Made by a program: the position numbers and the translations under genes | Assembly (NCBI GenBank): GCA_052035985.1 | Contig: JBPOHC010000544.1 | Coordinates: forward strand, 1,597-65,596 | Direction: 5' to 3' | Origin: Myxococcota bacterium | GTDB lineage: Bacteria; Myxococcota_A; Polyangia; Polyangiales; Ga0077539 | DNA: 64,000 nt | The notes under the pieces: generated by a model | The model's database searches: none | What the model saw: only the letters and a program-made list of their open reading frames with translations | What the model was told of the DNA's origin: nothing | Shown here: positions 8,059 to 15,193 of the stretch, piece after piece | How the letters are laid out: each line of letters starts with the position of its first letter | How positions within the stretch are numbered: the stretch's first letter is position 1

Positions 8059-9903
8059 CTACCGGGGGAAGCACCCGTAGGCGCTGCTCGACAGGCCGAT
8101 GGGGAGGCATCGCTCCTGGGGGTTGCAGTCGGCGTCGCTTCGGCAGCCCATGCGCTGAACCTGTTGTGCCCATTGTCCGATGTGGTTGCCCGACCCGAGG
8201 TCTTGAAAGGGCAACCAGAAGGCGGTCGCGCTCGGGTCACCCGCACGGTTGGGTCTGAACGCCGCCATCCAGAGCTGCGCGGTGCGCTGATCCGCCATGC
8301 GCGACTGCTGCTGGAGCCGCAGGCCGTAGTCCCTCCGCGACGAGAAGGTGATCCAGAGGATCGGCTCGCCCTGCCAGAGCTGCAGGAAGGGCGCGAACTT
8401 GGGCCACGAGTTCCCGAGGTCGCCGCGGTCGTCGGCGGCCGCGAGGGGCACCGGGGCGCCGCCCGCCGCGCGCACGGCCCAGAGGTGCGCGTCGATCGCG
8501 TTGTACGACGCGCCGCCGCTTCGATTGAAGACGATCCAGCGGTCGTCGGGCGCGAAGCTCGGGTAGTAGTTGTTCTCGTTCGACGCGGCGTTGATGAGCG
8601 TCGTGGGGGCGCCGAACGCGGAGCCCGTCCAGCTCATGAGCAGCAGGTCGCCCGGCGCGCCGTGACCCGGCTGACCGAAGAGCGAGAGACCGCCGCGCTG
8701 ACGCGCGAACACCACCGTGCGACCGTCGCGCGACCAGTCGGGCATCGAGCCGCGGTTGTCAGCGGGCAGGCCCGGCGCGGGCGCGAACGACGAGCCGTCG
8801 TAGAGCGACATGCGCGCCCCGTCTGACGTGAGGAGGCGCGTGTTGTCAGGGGAGAACGTCCCGAAGTTGGCGCCGAACTCGCCGGACAGCGTGGCGCGCG
8901 AGGCCACGTCGTAGACGCGCGTGATCGCGGGGCCGGGGATGAACCTCCCGACCGTCGCGCGAGAGCCGTCGCGCGAGAGCACGTGGCAGCCCATGCAGTT
9001 GATCGGGTCGCCGCGGAGGTACGCCTCGGGGCGCGCGCCCGCGCGGCCGAACTCGAAGCGGAGGATCGTCCCGCTCGCGGCGTTCCAGTAGTAGAGCCCG
9101 CCGCGGACGTCGGTGTTGGTGACCGTGACCGCGCGCGTGGCCGAGCGACCGAAGCGTCCGCCCGTGCCCGAGGTCCCGCGCACCGTGAGGGTCACCACGC
9201 CCGAAGGCTGCGCGACGCGCGCGAGCTCGCCGTACGCGCGCTCGTCGAGGGCCACGGTGCATCCGCCTCCGACCGCGTTGCACGGCGTGTAGAGGCGGAG
9301 CAGCCCGCGGTCGCCCTGAAAGCTCACTTCGAAGAGGTCGTTGCCCGTCCCGGGGCGGTAGTGAACCTCGAAGCCCGTGAGGTTCGGCGGGAGGATCACC
9401 CCGTCGCCCGGGTACACGATCGTCGGCGCGCGTGAGGTGTCCTCGGTGCCGCCGAAGCGCCCCGACGCGTCCGCGGGCGCGCTGCCGAGCGAGATGTCGG
9501 TGTTGTGAGGCACCGGGTCGAAGCCGTCGCGGGGCGGGTCCCACGCGTCGCCGAGCATCACGGGCGTCACGTCGCGAACGCCCGCGTCCATCACCACATC
9601 GGGGGCGGCGGGCGCGTCGAAGATCCACACGTCGCGGGGCGCGGCGACGTCGGGCGTGGTCGCGACGTCGAGGGGTGCGGGAACGTCCCTCGGCGCCGAC
9701 ACATCGGGCGCGACGGTCGTGTCGCGCGCGACCACATCGACGGAGGCGTCGCGCGCCCCCGTGTCTCTCACGCCCGTGTCTCGCACGGTCACCACGTCGA
9801 CGCGCGCGGATGCGTCGACGGGCTTGCCCGTGGGAGGCGTGGCCTCCCCCGCGGCGCATGCTGTGAGCGAGAGGAGCGCGAAGGCCGTCGCAGCGCGAAG
9901 CAT
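8059..9903 (-). CDS. TolB-like (PD40/WD40-like beta-propeller) lipoprotein with a CXXCH motif (614 aa)
   Basis: Best start is ATG 9903 (MLRAATAFALLSLTACAAG lipobox); the track TTG at 9921 is less likely. PD40-like repeats FSPDNTRLLTSDG, PDWSRDGRTVVFAR, PSFAPDDRWIVFNR. Single CMGCH motif. Confidence 0.8.
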   Translation of the reverse strand: MLRAATAFALLSLTACAAGEATPPTGKPVDASARVDVVTVRDTGVRDTGARDASVDVVARDTTVAPDVSAPRDVPAPLDVATTPDVAAPRDVWIFDAPAAPDVVMDAGVRDVTPVMLGDAWDPPRDGFDPVPHNTDISLGSAPADASGRFGGTEDTSRAPTIVYPGDGVILPPNLTGFEVHYRPGTGNDLFEVSFQGDRGLLRLYTPCNAVGGGCTVALDERAYGELARVAQPSGVVTLTVRGTSGTGGRFGRSATRAVTVTNTDVRGGLYYWNAASGTILRFEFGRAGARPEAYLRGDPINCMGCHVLSRDGSRATVGRFIPGPAITRVYDVASRATLSGEFGANFGTFSPDNTRLLTSDGARMSLYDGSSFAPAPGLPADNRGSMPDWSRDGRTVVFARQRGGLSLFGQPGHGAPGDLLLMSWTGSAFGAPTTLINAASNENNYYPSFAPDDRWIVFNRSGGASYNAIDAHLWAVRAAGGAPVPLAAADDRGDLGNSWPKFAPFLQLWQGEPILWITFSSRRDYGLRLQQQSRMADQRTAQLWMAAFRPNRAGDPSATAFWLPFQDLGSGNHIGQWAQQVQRMGCRSDADCNPQERCLPIGLSSSAYGCFPR

Positions 9904-9952
9904 CGCGCGCGAGGATATCAAAAACCGTGGCGTCGTCGCGGCGCGAAGGTCG

Positions 9953-10555
9953 CTACTCGACCATGCCCACGACGTTGCCAGCGCGTCGCGCGTCGGCGAC
10001 GGCGGTCTTCACGTCGTCGAACACCTTGCGCGCGTCGCCGAGGCCGCGGAGCGCGAAGTCGGGCTTCTCGGCGCTGCTCGTGAACACGCGAATCGTGGCG
10101 AGGCCGAGCATGCGTTCGGCGACGCCCTGTTCGAACTGCACGTCGCGCACGCGCCAGAGCTGATGCGTGTCGATCGTGCGCGAGAGGAGCCCCGTCTCGA
10201 CGTCGATGGAGCGCGTGGTGATACGGTACGAGGTCGACCGTCGGCTGAGCTCGGTGTGCGCGAGCAGCGCGAGCGCCGCGATGCCGAGCACGGCGAAGGG
10301 GATCAGCGACCAGGTCCACTCCCAGGCGAGCGCGAGGTGGGCGACGAGGGGCAGCGCGAGACCGAGGGACATGAGGAGCGCGGCCGCGGCGTAGCGCGCG
10401 AAATACGACTTCCAAGAGGGAGCGCCCGCGTAGAGGACCGCGGGGGCGTCGTGGGAGCCGGGCGGAGGCGCCGCGCCGTTGAGCATCGACCCGCAGTGCC
10501 GACACTTGATCGCGGCCTCTTGGATCTCCTCGGCGCAGTAGGGGCACTTCTTCAT
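9953..10555 (-). CDS. membrane protein with N-terminal zinc ribbon and bacterial PH (bPH_2/YdbS-like) domain (200 aa)
   Basis: MKKCPYCAEEIQEAAIKCRHCGS zinc ribbon, two TM helices, then a YRITTRSIDVETGLLSRTIDTHQLWRVRDVQFEQGVAERMLGLATIRVF PH-like domain. The alternative start 10588 lies in the loop of a strong hairpin. Confidence 0.75.
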   Translation of the reverse strand: MKKCPYCAEEIQEAAIKCRHCGSMLNGAAPPPGSHDAPAVLYAGAPSWKSYFARYAAAALLMSLGLALPLVAHLALAWEWTWSLIPFAVLGIAALALLAHTELSRRSTSYRITTRSIDVETGLLSRTIDTHQLWRVRDVQFEQGVAERMLGLATIRVFTSSAEKPDFALRGLGDARKVFDDVKTAVADARRAGNVVGMVE

Positions 10556-10570
10556 GGGCGCGACGATACC

Positions 10571-10608
10571 CCGAGCGCGCGCTGTCACACAGTGCTTCGC
10601 GCGCTCGG
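10571..10608 (-). promoter_or_regulatory. strong intercistronic hairpin (11-bp perfect GC stem)
   Basis: CCGAGCGCGCG (10571-10581) / CGCGCGCTCGG (10598-10608), with a 16-nt loop containing an inner CTGT..ACAG pair. No U tract on either strand. Lies between the NIDO gene stop and the PH-domain gene start. Confidence 0.4.
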
Positions 10609-10621
10609 AGCGTCGCGTCTC

Positions 10622-12370
10622 TCAGCGGCGGGGGCGTCGGCGACGCGACACCGCGACGACACCCAGGGCCAGCGCGCAGAGTCCCGAGGCACCCGTCGCG
10701 CGAGACCCCTCCGCGGAGCACTGGCAACCGGGGCGTTGCGGGGGGAGCACCACCACGTCGCTGTCGTTGCTGGCCACGTCGGCGCGCGCGGCGTCGGCCA
10801 CATCGCGCGGGACGTCGACGCGGTTCACGTCGGTGACGGCCCCGTCGCGCGGAACGCTCGCGTCGACCGTCGCGCCAGCGTCGGGTGTGCTCATCGCGGT
10901 CGCGACGCACTCGCCCATGCGGCAGACCTCTCCGCTCGGGCAGAGGCGCGTGTCGGGACCCGTCTCGCAGCGGTCGCGGCACTGTCCCCCGCGGCAGTAC
11001 ATCCCCGTCGGGCAGGTGATTCCAGCGCAGTCGTCGGTGGTGCAGTAGCCGTCGGGCTGACACGACTGACCCGCGGGGCAGGGGGTGCACTGGCAGCCGG
11101 GCACGCAGAGACCCGACGCGGGGTTGCAGACCTCCATGGGGTTGCAGGTGACGCCCGCGCAGGGGTCGGCGCAGCGGCCCGCGCGGCAGATCTGTCCGAC
11201 GGGGCAGGTCACGCCCGAGCAGGGCTCGACGCAGTTGCCTCCGGCGCAGCGCTGTCCGACGGGACAGTTGCGGTCGATGCACGAGGTCTCGACGCAGATG
11301 CCCGCGGCGGTGCACGTGCGACCGGGGAGGCACCCGAGCTCCGCGGAGCACCGCTCGACGCACGACCCTCGCTCGCAGACGTAGTTGGTCGGGCAGAGCG
11401 AGGTGCCGTCGTCGACCATGCCGTCGCAGTCGTCGTCGTAGCCGTTGCAGCGCTCGTCGCGCGGCATGTTCACCTGGCGGCAGGCCGTGCTCGTGCCCGA
11501 GCAGATGTTGATGCCGTTGGCGCACGCGCCCTGCTGACCCGCCACGGTGCAGGGCGTACCGCCGCCAGCGCAGCCGCGTTCGAGCACGCCGCCGCGGATC
11601 TGGAAGCGCCAGAGGCCGGGCGATCCGCCGGGGACGTTGGTGTTGCGGCACACGTCGAGGATGGCCATCGAGCGCGACATGGGGAGCGCCACGTAGTTGC
11701 GCAGGTCGCCCGCGTCGAAGCCCACCTGGGCGGGCGTTCCGCCGACGCCGCCGGTGCCGCCCGAGGCGTCGCCCGTGGTCCACTGGCAGCGGTTGTAGCG
11801 GAACTCCACGTCGAAATCGCCCGTGGTCGCGCAGGTGTTGCTCGTCGTCATGATGAGCTGAAAGTCGTTCTGACGGTCGTCGTGCGAGCTGTAGTAGCCG
11901 ACGTTGTTCCAGGTCACGACGACGCGGTTGGGCTCGACGTAGAAGCAGATGTTGTTGCGCGAGGGCTGGCCTCCGCCGCGCGTGTCGACGTCGCCCCACC
12001 AGGGCGCGATCATGGGCTGCATCGCGACGGGGAACGGCGCCGGCGTGAACTGCGCGAGCGCGCCGCGGAAGGTGATGTTCCCGTTGGTGTTCACGTACAT
12101 CGCCCGGTACGTGTTGCCGAAGAAGTTGAGCCCCGTCGGAAAGGCCCGCGAGATGTCCACCGGCACCGCGGGGAAGCCCGTCGTCGGAGGCGGTCCTGCG
12201 TAGGAGCCGTCGTCGTTCGGGTGCAGGCAGTTCTGCGGCAGGCCGTAGCCCGTCGGCCCGCCGAAGCCCGTGAGCAGCGGCACCGCCGAGGCCACGCTCG
12301 CGTTGACCAGCATCCACGTGAGAGGGAGCGAGGCGCAGAGCGCCCTCCCAAAGAATCCGCGCGCGCTCAT
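10622..12370 (-). CDS. secreted NIDO-domain protein with Cys-rich repeats and MYXO-CTERM sorting tail (582 aa)
   Basis: Signal peptide. NIDO-like block (FFGNTYRAMYVNTNGNITF, APWWGDVDTRGGG, VVVTWNNVGYY, NDFQLIM, DVEFRYNRCQW). CNGYDDDCDGMVDDG motif. About 8 CPxGQxCxxGxC repeats. C-terminal GCQCSAEG...LCALALGVVAVSRRRRPRR. Confidence 0.85.
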   Translation of the reverse strand: MSARGFFGRALCASLPLTWMLVNASVASAVPLLTGFGGPTGYGLPQNCLHPNDDGSYAGPPPTTGFPAVPVDISRAFPTGLNFFGNTYRAMYVNTNGNITFRGALAQFTPAPFPVAMQPMIAPWWGDVDTRGGGQPSRNNICFYVEPNRVVVTWNNVGYYSSHDDRQNDFQLIMTTSNTCATTGDFDVEFRYNRCQWTTGDASGGTGGVGGTPAQVGFDAGDLRNYVALPMSRSMAILDVCRNTNVPGGSPGLWRFQIRGGVLERGCAGGGTPCTVAGQQGACANGINICSGTSTACRQVNMPRDERCNGYDDDCDGMVDDGTSLCPTNYVCERGSCVERCSAELGCLPGRTCTAAGICVETSCIDRNCPVGQRCAGGNCVEPCSGVTCPVGQICRAGRCADPCAGVTCNPMEVCNPASGLCVPGCQCTPCPAGQSCQPDGYCTTDDCAGITCPTGMYCRGGQCRDRCETGPDTRLCPSGEVCRMGECVATAMSTPDAGATVDASVPRDGAVTDVNRVDVPRDVADAARADVASNDSDVVVLPPQRPGCQCSAEGSRATGASGLCALALGVVAVSRRRRPRR

Positions 12371-12454
12371 CGTATCGACTCTCCGTCGGGGGCGTCGCTG
12401 CCCGACCGCCCCGAGTGGCGACGGGTCCTGCGCGCTCCGTGTGAGTGGATTGTC

Positions 12455-12483
12455 CGACGGTCGTCGGGCTCGTTCAGAAATGT
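12455..12483 (-). promoter_or_regulatory. bipartite ACATTTCTG-N15-CGTCG motif (ECF-type promoter candidate) upstream of the NIDO gene
   Basis: Minus strand: ACATTTCTG aacgagcccgacgac CGTCG. Identical elements and spacing to 13570..13598. Confidence 0.4.
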
Positions 12484-12514
12484 GATGGAGGGGCGACGGC
12501 GCCGCGCGGAGGCT

Positions 12515-13477
12515 TCAGCGGCAGACGGAGTTCACGCAGGTCGCGCCGCCCGCGCAGTCGGCGCTGCGGGCGCACTGCGGGTTCTGCTCGATCGCGTTGG
12601 TGCACAGGCGCGCGCTGTCGCAGACGTCGAACGCGACGTCGATGCGCTGGCACTCGATCGAGGTCCCGCCGGGGCACGCCGCGCGGCAGATCCCGTTGCG
12701 GCACACGCTCCCGGGCGCGCAGTCAGCGTCGCGCGCGCAGAGGGCCGCGGGGCGCGTCTCGGGCGTGCACACGGTCGACACGCAGGTGAAGCTCGTCGCG
12801 CACGCGGCGCCGTCGGCGCACGACACCGCGCATCGACCGGCCACGCAGACACCGCGCGCGCCGCAGTCCGTCGCGGTCACGCAGGCTCCGCCCGCGGTCA
12901 CTGCCTCTCGACACCAGCCGCCCACGCACGCGAACGCGCCCGGACACACCGTCGCCGCGCCGCACGGAATGAGGCACCTGCCGTCGACGCAGTCACGGCC
13001 TCCGGCGCAGTCGCGGGCGAAGGCGCAGGTCTCTGACGAGGCGACGCAGCGCCCGCCGAGGCATCGCTCGCCAGACCGACACGCGGCGTCGGTCGCGCAG
13101 GCGATCGGCGTGACGCAGAGGCCCGCGCGGCACACGAGGCCCGCCCCGGCGAGGGCGCAGTCTCCGTCGACGGCACATCCCGCGTGAGCGTCGGTCGGAG
13201 CAGCGTCGGTCACGGCCGCTTCGGGCGCAGCAGCATCGGTCACGGCCGCATCGGGCGCAGCAGCATCGACCGGCGTCTGCGCGCCGTCAGCGCTCGCGCT
13301 CGCGTCGCTGGTGGCGCTCGCGGCGTCGTTGTCATCGCATCCGCATCCGGCGCCGGTCGCGTCGCCGCGTCGAGGGTCGCGACCGTCGCGACCGTCGCGA
13401 CCGTCGCAGTCGCGATCTCCCATGTGACAGGCAGCGAGCGTCGCCGCGACGAGCGACGCGATCATCCATACGCGCAT
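12515..13477 (-). CDS. Cys-rich repeat lipoprotein (320 aa)
   Basis: MRVWMIASLVAATLAAC lipobox, GRDGRDGRD and (DAAxPxAAVT) repeats, then about 8 repeats of type DCxxGxxCxxGxC. Confidence 0.8.
   Translation of the reverse strand: MRVWMIASLVAATLAACHMGDRDCDGRDGRDGRDPRRGDATGAGCGCDDNDAASATSDASASADGAQTPVDAAAPDAAVTDAAAPEAAVTDAAPTDAHAGCAVDGDCALAGAGLVCRAGLCVTPIACATDAACRSGERCLGGRCVASSETCAFARDCAGGRDCVDGRCLIPCGAATVCPGAFACVGGWCREAVTAGGACVTATDCGARGVCVAGRCAVSCADGAACATSFTCVSTVCTPETRPAALCARDADCAPGSVCRNGICRAACPGGTSIECQRIDVAFDVCDSARLCTNAIEQNPQCARSADCAGGATCVNSVCR
13197..13273. repeat. 30-bp tandem repeat, ~2.5 copies, in-frame inside the Cys-rich lipoprotein gene
   Basis: ggagcagcgtcggtcacggccgcttcgggc / gcagcagcatcggtcacggccgcatcgggc / gcagcagcatcgaccgg. 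Encodes (DAAxPxAAVT)n. Confidence 0.9.
13376..13402. repeat. 9-bp tandem repeat x3 (gtcgcgacc), in-frame
   Basis: Three perfect copies plus a partial fourth. Encodes GRDGRDGRD. Confidence 0.9.
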
Positions 13478-13569
13478 GATGTTCTCAGAGCCTCCTGCGG
13501 TCTCGCGCCGTGACGTCCGGCGTCGTCTCGCACGAGGTCGATCGTCGCGAGGCCGCGGCGACCTTCACG

Positions 13570-13598
13570 ACATTTCTGTCGCTCCATGAAGTTCGTCG
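13570..13598 (+). promoter_or_regulatory. bipartite ACATTTCTG-N15-CGTCG motif (ECF-type promoter candidate) upstream of the ECF operon
   Basis: Plus strand: ACATTTCTG tcgctccatgaagtt CGTCG. The CGTC-type -10 lies 58 nt upstream of ATG 13656. Confidence 0.4.
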
Positions 13599-13655
13599 CG
13601 AGCGCGTTTTCGATGAAGGATCGGGGCCGTCGCGACGATCTATCGCGAACGACCC

Positions 13656-14597
13656 ATGCGCACCTCCGCCCTGATCGCCCTGCTCCTCGCCCCGGCGCCT
13701 GCGTTCGCGCAGGGCGTGGCCGCGCGTTGCGCGCCGCGGGTCGAGGCCACCGCGGCCGTGTCTCCCTCGGTGGTCGCGCGTCTCACGGCGGCGGTTTCGA
13801 CGGGCGCGCAGGTCGCCTCGGGGCCCTGTCCCACGGTTCGCTTCGACGTGGTCGATCACCGGCTGGTGATGACCGTGGTGCTCGACGACGGGCGCCAGGT
13901 CGCGCGGGTGCTTCCCTCTCAGAACGACGCGCTCCCCACGCTGGTGGCGCTGCTCGCCACGCCTCCGATCCCCGAGGTCGAAGCGATCGACGACGGTGAC
14001 GCCGCGCCGCCGCCTCCCGCCGTCGCGCCGCCGCCGCCCCCTGTCGTGGCGCTCGTCGTCGCGAGCGAAGCGACCCCCGTGCTTGCGGCGCCTCCCGCGG
14101 TCACTCCCGCGGCGCCTTCGCATCGCGCGCTGCGGCTCGGACTGAGCGGCGGCGTCGGACGCGTCGATCACGCGGGGCTGATGCGGGCCTCGCTCGACGT
14201 CGAGCTCCTCCACGATCGCTGGGTGCTCGGCCTGCGGGGATCGTACGACCGCGCGCGGATCGACGATCACAGCGCGCCGGGCGCCGCGGCCACGCTCTCG
14301 CTCCGCCCGCGGTGGACGCTCGGACGCTTCGAATTCGATGCGGGTCCGGCCCTCGGCGCGCGCTGGATCTTCGGTGATTCCTCGCGGGGCGGCCTGACGC
14401 TGCGCGCGGGCGCGGAGGCTTCTGTCGCGGTGTCGCTCGGGTCGCGGTGGTCGGTGTTCGCGCGCGTCGATGGCGGCGCCGAGTTCTCGATGCGTGGTGA
14501 GACTCGCACGACGCGCGACGGGCGGCAGCGACACGACGACGAGGCCGTGTTCGCGTGGGGCGCAGCGCTCGGCGTGCGGTGTGAGGTGTGGCGATGA
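13656..14597 (+). CDS. secreted protein with Pro-rich linker and putative small outer-membrane beta-barrel C-domain (313 aa)
   Basis: MRTSALIALLLAPAPAFAQG signal. Alternating-hydrophobic strands in the last ~170 aa (LRLGLSGGVGRV, ASLDVELL, VLGLRGSY, ATLSLRPRW, FEFDAGPALGARW, LTLRAGAEASVAV, SVFARVDGG, AWGAALGVRCEVW). First gene of the ECF operon. Confidence 0.7.
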   Translation: MRTSALIALLLAPAPAFAQGVAARCAPRVEATAAVSPSVVARLTAAVSTGAQVASGPCPTVRFDVVDHRLVMTVVLDDGRQVARVLPSQNDALPTLVALLATPPIPEVEAIDDGDAAPPPPAVAPPPPPVVALVVASEATPVLAAPPAVTPAAPSHRALRLGLSGGVGRVDHAGLMRASLDVELLHDRWVLGLRGSYDRARIDDHSAPGAAATLSLRPRWTLGRFEFDAGPALGARWIFGDSSRGGLTLRAGAEASVAVSLGSRWSVFARVDGGAEFSMRGETRTTRDGRQRHDDEAVFAWGAALGVRCEVWR

Positions 14598-15193
14598 CCC
14601 GCGCGGCGCTTCGAAGCGTCGACGCGCAGGGAGCCGTCGAGCGCGAGGACGGCGACGCTGTCTTGCGGCGCCTCGGTGACGGAGACGCGACCGCGCTCGG
14701 CGTGGCCTTCGATCGCTACCACCGCGACGTCTACAATTTTCTCGCGCGGCTCCGGGGGAATCGCAGCGACCTCGACGACCTCGTGCAGATGACCTTCCTC
14801 GCGCTCCCCGCGGCGGCGGCGCACTTCGACGGGCGGGGGACGCCGCGCTCCTTCGTGCTCGGCGTGGCGTTTCAGGTCGCGCGTCGCGAGCGCCGCAGGG
14901 TGTTCCGGCGCTTCGCGCTGTGGATGGCCCGCGAGGCCGACGTCGACGTCCCGACGGCGCCGCCAGACCCCGAGCGCAGCGTGCTCGAGCGCGAGTCGAT
15001 GGAGCGCCTCGAAGGCGCCCTCGCGAAGCTCCCCGACGCGCAGCGCGAGACCTTCGTGCTCGTCGAGGTCGAGGGGCTCAAGGGCGAGGAGGCCGCGCGC
15101 ATCCTCGACGTGCCCGTGAACACCGTGTGGACGCGCCTCCACCACGCGCGCCTCGCGCTCCGCGAGAAGCTCCGCCCGCGAGGTGAGCGATGA
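14594..15193 (+). CDS. ECF-type RNA polymerase sigma-70 factor (199 aa)
   Basis: Region 2 (DLDDLVQMTFLAL) and region 4 HTH (EEAARILDVPVNTVWTRLHHARLALREKL). ATG 14594 gives an ATGA overlap with the upstream stop (the track start 14588 GTG is also possible). Confidence 0.9.
   Translation: MTRAALRSVDAQGAVEREDGDAVLRRLGDGDATALGVAFDRYHRDVYNFLARLRGNRSDLDDLVQMTFLALPAAAAHFDGRGTPRSFVLGVAFQVARRERRRVFRRFALWMAREADVDVPTAPPDPERSVLERESMERLEGALAKLPDAQRETFVLVEVEGLKGEEAARILDVPVNTVWTRLHHARLALREKLRPRGER

Noticed and set aside
10556-10588. Longer start (10588, MTARARGIVAP...) for the PH-domain protein
   Set aside because: That start codon lies in the loop of the 11-bp GC hairpin, and the added residues are Arg/Ala-rich. 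ATG 10555 begins directly with the MKKCPYC zinc ribbon.
9656-13036. 1126-aa + ORF (and the 799-aa minus ORF 9918..12317) spanning four annotated genes
   Set aside because: Extreme Arg/Ala/Gly/His composition and no domain signatures. They run antisense or out of frame across the TolB-like, PH-domain, NIDO and Cys-rich genes, which all have signal peptides and clear motifs.
13197-13402. Tandem repeats (also 41958..42020 and 23990..24030) considered as a possible CRISPR or other non-coding array
   Set aside because: The units (9, 21 and 30 bp) are contiguous without spacers. They are multiples of 3 and lie in frame inside well-supported genes, so they are coding minisatellites. No cas genes are in the window.
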